This document shows, piece by piece, positions 60,272 to 64,000 of a DNA stretch of 64,000 bases; within the stretch, counting starts at the first letter, position 1; the number at the start of each line of letters is the position of its first letter. The notes beneath the pieces are model-generated. The model was not told the origin of the DNA. It searched no databases and saw only the letters and a program-made list of their open reading frames with translations. The DNA is from Burkholderiales bacterium (lineage in GTDB: Bacteria; Pseudomonadota; Gammaproteobacteria; Burkholderiales; JAHFRG01): NCBI GenBank assembly GCA_035624535.1, contig DASPRI010000210.1, positions 354 through 64,353 on the forward strand, in the 5' to 3' direction. The translations under genes and the position numbers were made by a program.

Positions 60272-61777
60272 ATGTCGCTTGCCGTCCTCTACAGCCGCGC
60301 GCTTGCCGGCACGGAAGCGCCGCTGGTTACCGTGGAAGTGCATCTTGGCTCGGGGCTGCCGAGCTTTACTATCGTCGGGCTTCCCGAAGCCGAAGTGAAG
60401 GAGAGCAAGGACCGCGTGCGCGCCGCGCTGCTCAATTGCCGCTTCGATTTTCCGGCTAGGCGCATTACGGTAAACCTCGCGCCCGCAGATCTTCCCAAGG
60501 AGAGCGGGCGTTTTGATTTGCCGATTGCCTTGGGAATACTCGCTGCATCCAAACAAATTCCTAGCGGCAAGCTTGCGGATTATGAACTCGCCGGTGAACT
60601 AGCGCTGACCGGCGAACTTCGCCCGATACGCGGCGCACTGGCGATGACCTATTCAGCCTCGCGTTCCGGACGCGCGTTTATATTGCCTACGGAGAATGCA
60701 GCTGAGGCGGCGCTGGTTGAAGAAGCAGAAGTTTATCCGGCCGCTACCGTGCTCGAGGTATGCTCGCACTTCGGCGGACATGAGCCGCTCAAGCGATATT
60801 TGGAAAAACCGCGTACTCTTGCGCCCTGCTACGATGATGTGCAGGAAGTAAAAGGCCAGGCGCACGCCAAGCGGGCTTTGGAGATCGCTGCGGCCGGAAA
60901 CCACAGCGTATTAATGGTGGGGCCGCCGGGCACCGGGAAAAGCATGCTGGCCGCACGTTTCCCGGGCATTCTTCCAGCAATGACTGAAGAACAGGCGCTT
61001 GAATCCGCGGCCATCCAGTCGCTGGCGAGCAGCGGATTTAGAGTCGAGAATTGGAAGAAACGGCCCTACCGCGCTCCTCATCATACCGCTTCGGCCGTCG
61101 CGCTGGTCGGTGGAGGAGGAAACCCGCGCCCCGGCGAGATTTCCTTAGCTCTGCATGGCGTGCTGTTCCTCGATGAATTGCCCGAGTTCGATAGAAAAGT
61201 CTTGGAAGTGTTGCGTGAGCCCCTGGAGTCCGGACGCATCACGGTGTCGCGAGCCGCGCGTCAAGCGGATTTTCCGGCGCAGTTCCAGTTGATCGCGGCA
61301 ATGAACCCGTGCCCATGTGGCTATCTTGGACACTTTAGCGGCAAGTGCAGGTGCACGCCGGATCAGGTGGTCCGTTATCGGGGCAAAATTTCCGGGCCGC
61401 TGCTCGATCGCATAGACATTCAAATCGAAGTTCCCGCGGTACCTGAAGAGGAACTGACCCGTCAGGCCAGCGGGGAGCCTTCTGCAGCAATCAGGTCGCG
61501 AGTCGAATCTGCTTATCGGCAGCAGCTGGCACGACAGGGCAAACCCAATGCCCAGCTGACCACTCAAGAAATCGACCGCATCTGCATTCCGGATGCCCAA
61601 GGCATGGAATTGCTGAAGCAAGCAATCAACCGCTTGAGTCTCTCGGCACGCGCGTATCACCGCATACTAAAAGTCGCTCGCAGTATCGCCGATTTGACCC
61701 ACGCCCCGCAGATTGTTGCCGCACATATAGCGGAAGCGGTGCAGTACCGGCGTTTCTTCGATCGCAGCGGAGCTTAA
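60272..61777 (+). CDS. comM: YifB/ComM family Mg-chelatase-like AAA+ ATPase
   Basis: N-terminal Lon-protease-like domain (FTIVGLPEAEVKESKDRV), Walker A GPPGTGKS, LDELPEF, and a C-terminal ChlI-like region. Confidence 0.92.
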   Translation: MSLAVLYSRALAGTEAPLVTVEVHLGSGLPSFTIVGLPEAEVKESKDRVRAALLNCRFDFPARRITVNLAPADLPKESGRFDLPIALGILAASKQIPSGKLADYELAGELALTGELRPIRGALAMTYSASRSGRAFILPTENAAEAALVEEAEVYPAATVLEVCSHFGGHEPLKRYLEKPRTLAPCYDDVQEVKGQAHAKRALEIAAAGNHSVLMVGPPGTGKSMLAARFPGILPAMTEEQALESAAIQSLASSGFRVENWKKRPYRAPHHTASAVALVGGGGNPRPGEISLALHGVLFLDELPEFDRKVLEVLREPLESGRITVSRAARQADFPAQFQLIAAMNPCPCGYLGHFSGKCRCTPDQVVRYRGKISGPLLDRIDIQIEVPAVPEEELTRQASGEPSAAIRSRVESAYRQQLARQGKPNAQLTTQEIDRICIPDAQGMELLKQAINRLSLSARAYHRILKVARSIADLTHAPQIVAAHIAEAVQYRRFFDRSGA

Positions 61778-61813
61778 TTTGACGCAGACCTGTTGTCCCC
61801 CTAAAGTGGCCAC

Positions 61814-62443
61814 ATGAAAATCGCACAGTTCACTGTCCTGCTGGTATGCGTACTGGCATGTTCCTGCCAAACAAATCAGCCAGTCAGTCCCGCGAGACGC
61901 GATCTTGAGTCGGCGGCAGTTTGCTGCCAGGGATATGAGAAATTCGATTTCCAAGCGCTCAAGCTTGGGGATAGCGAAAGCTTTATCATAAACACCGCCA
62001 GTCCCGCCTTTAATTTCGCTAGCGGGAAGAGCTATTTCAAGGCCTTTCGCCTGCCGATACAAGCGCGATCCTATTTTATCGTTGTCAACAGCTATTTCAC
62101 CGACAAGGACAATCTGTCCCGCTCGCCCTACATTTTTCATCCGGTGGTGGCGTTGCTCGATGCGCAGTATCGTGTTACGCGAACGATTGACCAGGGTATC
62201 GTTAACCCCATCGAATCGGGGAACAGCATGAATAATGCTTCTCTGGAGATAGAGATAAGAGTAAATCCGCAGGTAGTGGACGAGAGATTCATGGTCATCT
62301 ACACCACGCCAGATTTTCTCAACCAGGTGACGAATTTGCTGGTGAGCAAAAATTCCATGGTGGGCTGGATAGTAACTAGTTATGAGGTTCAGAACGCGGC
62401 GGTCGGTAGGCTCCAGGCCCAGCTGACCTCGTGGAGAGAGTAG
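61814..62443 (+). CDS. MalM-family periplasmic lipoprotein
   Basis: Lipobox VLACSC. FHPVVALLDAQY and FMVIYTTPDFLNQVTNLL parallel E. coli MalM FAPNVLILDQNM and YVLVFTTEKDLQQTTQLL. Confidence 0.65.
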   Translation: MKIAQFTVLLVCVLACSCQTNQPVSPARRDLESAAVCCQGYEKFDFQALKLGDSESFIINTASPAFNFASGKSYFKAFRLPIQARSYFIVVNSYFTDKDNLSRSPYIFHPVVALLDAQYRVTRTIDQGIVNPIESGNSMNNASLEIEIRVNPQVVDERFMVIYTTPDFLNQVTNLLVSKNSMVGWIVTSYEVQNAAVGRLQAQLTSWRE

Positions 62444-63493
62444 ATGGCCAGCAACCATGCAAGCCAGATAGGAAACTGGCGCGAGGAAAAACGCTCTGCT
62501 TACCTTTATCGCTTGGTCGCGGCAGCCGAGGCAGGCAGCGCAAGGCAAGCGCTATTTCTTGGGCTTGCGGATGCCGCCGAAAGGCAGGCGCAGATTTGGG
62601 AGAAAAATATCCGCGACAGCGGCGAGAGCGTCCCGCAGGGATATTTGCCCGATCTACGTACGCGCACAGTTGCATTTCTGCTGAAAATATTTGGGCCGCG
62701 CCGAATGCGGGCGGCGCTTGCGGCAATGAAGGTGCGCGGCATGTCGCTTTACACCAAAATCGAACCCGGCCATGCGATTCCGCTGAGTGTTGAGGAAGTC
62801 GGCCGCCGCCATCGCGCCGTGGGGAGCGGTGGAAACCTGCGCGCGGCGGTGTTTGGCGTGAATGACGGGTTGGTATCCAATGCCAGTCTGATAATGGGCG
62901 TGGCGGGCGCAACGGCGGACAATGCCGTGGTTCTGCTTTCCGGCATCGCCGGATTGCTCGCAGGCGCATTTTCCATGGCGGCGGGCGAATATGTCTCGGT
63001 GCGTTCGCAGCGCGAAATGTATGAATATCAAATCGGGCTGGAGCGCGAAGAGCTCGAACAATACCCGCAGGAAGAGGCAGCGGAGCTGGCGCTGATTTAT
63101 GAAGCGCGCGGGCTGCAGAAAAACGAAGCCCAGCGTCTCGCCGAAAGCGTCCTGACCAACCCGCAAAAAGCGCTGGACACGCTGGCCCGGGAAGAACTTG
63201 GGCTCAATCCCGAGGAACTCGGCTCGCCTCGAGGCGCCGCCTTGTCTTCATTCTTCTCTTTTGCGTTTGGCAGCGCCATTCCGCTTTTCCCCTTCCTGTT
63301 TGGCGCAGCGGACGAGGGACTGTCGGTTTCCATTATAGTGAGCGCGGTTTCCCTTTTCATTGTTGGCGCGATCCTCAGCCTGTTTACCGGCCGCCACGCT
63401 CTTTACAGCGGTTTACGAATGCTGATTATTGGCGGTGCCGCGGGTGGCGCAACCTACTTTATAGGTAAGGCGCTCGGCGTCAGTCTAAGTTAG
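62444..63493 (+). CDS. VIT1/CCC1-family metal (Fe/Mn) transporter with N-terminal ferritin-like/CCC1_N domain
   Basis: C-terminal VFGVNDGLVSNASLIMGVAG...AGEYVSV...five-TM VIT pattern. The N-terminal helical domain reads E.KRSAYLYRLVAAAE...LADAAERQAQIW. Confidence 0.85.
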   Translation: MASNHASQIGNWREEKRSAYLYRLVAAAEAGSARQALFLGLADAAERQAQIWEKNIRDSGESVPQGYLPDLRTRTVAFLLKIFGPRRMRAALAAMKVRGMSLYTKIEPGHAIPLSVEEVGRRHRAVGSGGNLRAAVFGVNDGLVSNASLIMGVAGATADNAVVLLSGIAGLLAGAFSMAAGEYVSVRSQREMYEYQIGLEREELEQYPQEEAAELALIYEARGLQKNEAQRLAESVLTNPQKALDTLAREELGLNPEELGSPRGAALSSFFSFAFGSAIPLFPFLFGAADEGLSVSIIVSAVSLFIVGAILSLFTGRHALYSGLRMLIIGGAAGGATYFIGKALGVSLS

Positions 63494-63544
63494 CGCCAAT
63501 CCATTTTTTTGGCCAGGCGCGTGCACAGCCGGCTTATCCGCAAG

Positions 63545-63573
63545 GTTGACAAGGCGGGAACTACAGGGTAATT
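63545..63573 (+). promoter_or_regulatory. sigma70-type promoter for metH
   Basis: TTGACA (63545-63550), a 17-nt spacer, then TAATTT (63568-63573). The predicted TSS is about 63580, just 5' of the leader hairpin. Confidence 0.55.
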
Positions 63574-63584
63574 TGTCGCCCCAT

Positions 63585-63654
63585 TGCGCCGATTTGATAT
63601 TCAGCTTGCGGGCGCAGGAACCTGACACGGATTCCAATAAATACTGCTAAAGCG
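63585..63654 (+). promoter_or_regulatory. candidate SAM-II-like riboswitch aptamer in the metH leader
   Basis: UGCGCC-[20-nt loop GAUUUGAUAUUCAGCUUGCG]-GGCGCA, an inserted hairpin (GGAACC..GGAUUCC), then the tail AAAUACUGCUAAAGCG. Loop GCUU can pair with tail AAGC to form an H-type pseudoknot. Confidence 0.55.
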
Positions 63655-63660
63655 AGACAT

Positions 63661-63697
63661 GACCCGTCCGCGCAAGCAGTACGGGTTTTTTGTTTTT
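63661..63697 (+). terminator. leader intrinsic terminator (attenuator) upstream of metH
   Basis: ACCCGU-13 nt-ACGGGU followed by UUUUUGUUUUU, ending 18 nt before the metH ATG. Confidence 0.75.
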
Positions 63698-63714
63698 AAT
63701 GCGGTGCCATTCAA

Positions 63715-64000
63715 ATGCCATCATCACGAGGCGAGCTGCTTGAACAATTGCTTAAACGGCGCATCCTAATTCTGGATGGCGCAATGGGCACGATGATCCA
63801 GAGCTATAAGCTCGATGAAAAGGATTATCGGGGAAAACGCTTGGCCGATTTTCCGCACGATTTGAAGGGCAATAATGATCTGCTCACTCTGACCCAGCCG
63901 CAGATTATCCGCGGAATTCACTCGGCGTATCTGCGAGCAGGCGCGGACATCATTGAAACCAATACCTTCAACTCAAATTCGCCGTCGCAGGCCGATTACC
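63715..64000 (+). CDS. metH: methionine synthase (cobalamin-dependent), N-terminal homocysteine-binding domain, 3'-truncated by the window edge
   Basis: My translation: [40 protein letters not shown]...[39 protein letters not shown] is the MetH Hcy-domain signature. It is absent from the ORF track because no stop falls within the window. Confidence 0.9.
   Translation, partial: MPSSRGELLEQLLKRRILILDGAMGTMIQSYKLDEKDYRGKRLADFPHDLKGNNDLLTLTQPQIIRGIHSAYLRAGADIIETNTFNSNSPSQADY

Noticed and set aside
61667-62548. 293-aa ORF on the minus strand spanning the comM end, the MalM-like gene and the VIT start
   Set aside because: It is antisense to three plus-strand genes that each show clear family motifs. 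Its own translation is Arg/Cys/His-rich with no recognisable motif. This is a typical shadow ORF.
63591-63603. MetR-type box (TGAA-N5-TTCA) in the metH leader (TTGATATTCA)
   Set aside because: The spacing is wrong (TGA-N2-TTCA). The segment lies inside the loop of the covarying hairpin, which explains its conservation better.

Overview
This window is a gene-dense stretch of core chromosome, about 53-55% GC. Gene content and order look betaproteobacterial: T. ferrooxidans-type gshA next to gshB, metXW, a permease-less EIIA(Man)-HPr-EI set, and mreBCD-mrdA-rodA-rlpA. That assignment is an inference, not an identification. I can support about 62 protein-coding genes, almost all housekeeping. They cover arginine, isoleucine, methionine and lysine biosynthesis, the activated-methyl cycle (metK-ahcY-metF, metXW, start of metH), the rod-shape/elongasome operon, gatCAB, glutathione synthesis, porin-glnK-amtB, xerC, cca, ttcA and rlmI. 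I found no rRNA, tRNA, CRISPR array, transposase, integrase-flanked island, prophage or recognisable defence gene.

The less ordinary content is:
1. A conserved structured leader occurs twice, upstream of metX and of metH. It is a 32-nt hairpin with two compensatory base-pair changes plus a near-identical 16-nt 3' tail. The metH copy is followed by an intrinsic terminator and the metX copy by an SD-sequestering helix. It resembles a SAM-II-type pseudoknot riboswitch. A degenerate third block lies upstream of metK.
2. A co-directional array of CHASE2 cyclase, secreted SH3b protein, M48 protease and an orphan Cys/His protein sits 10 nt downstream of metF.
3. A DUF2946 / beta-barrel / CopC / CopD copper cluster.
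4. A good sigma54 promoter and an NtrC-type palindrome lie in front of porin-glnK-amtB.
5. Several small secreted proteins show internal duplications: a 4x EF-hand protein and a di-haem cytochrome c.

I see no clear novel multi-gene system. All functional calls rest on motif recognition by eye, and no searches were run.
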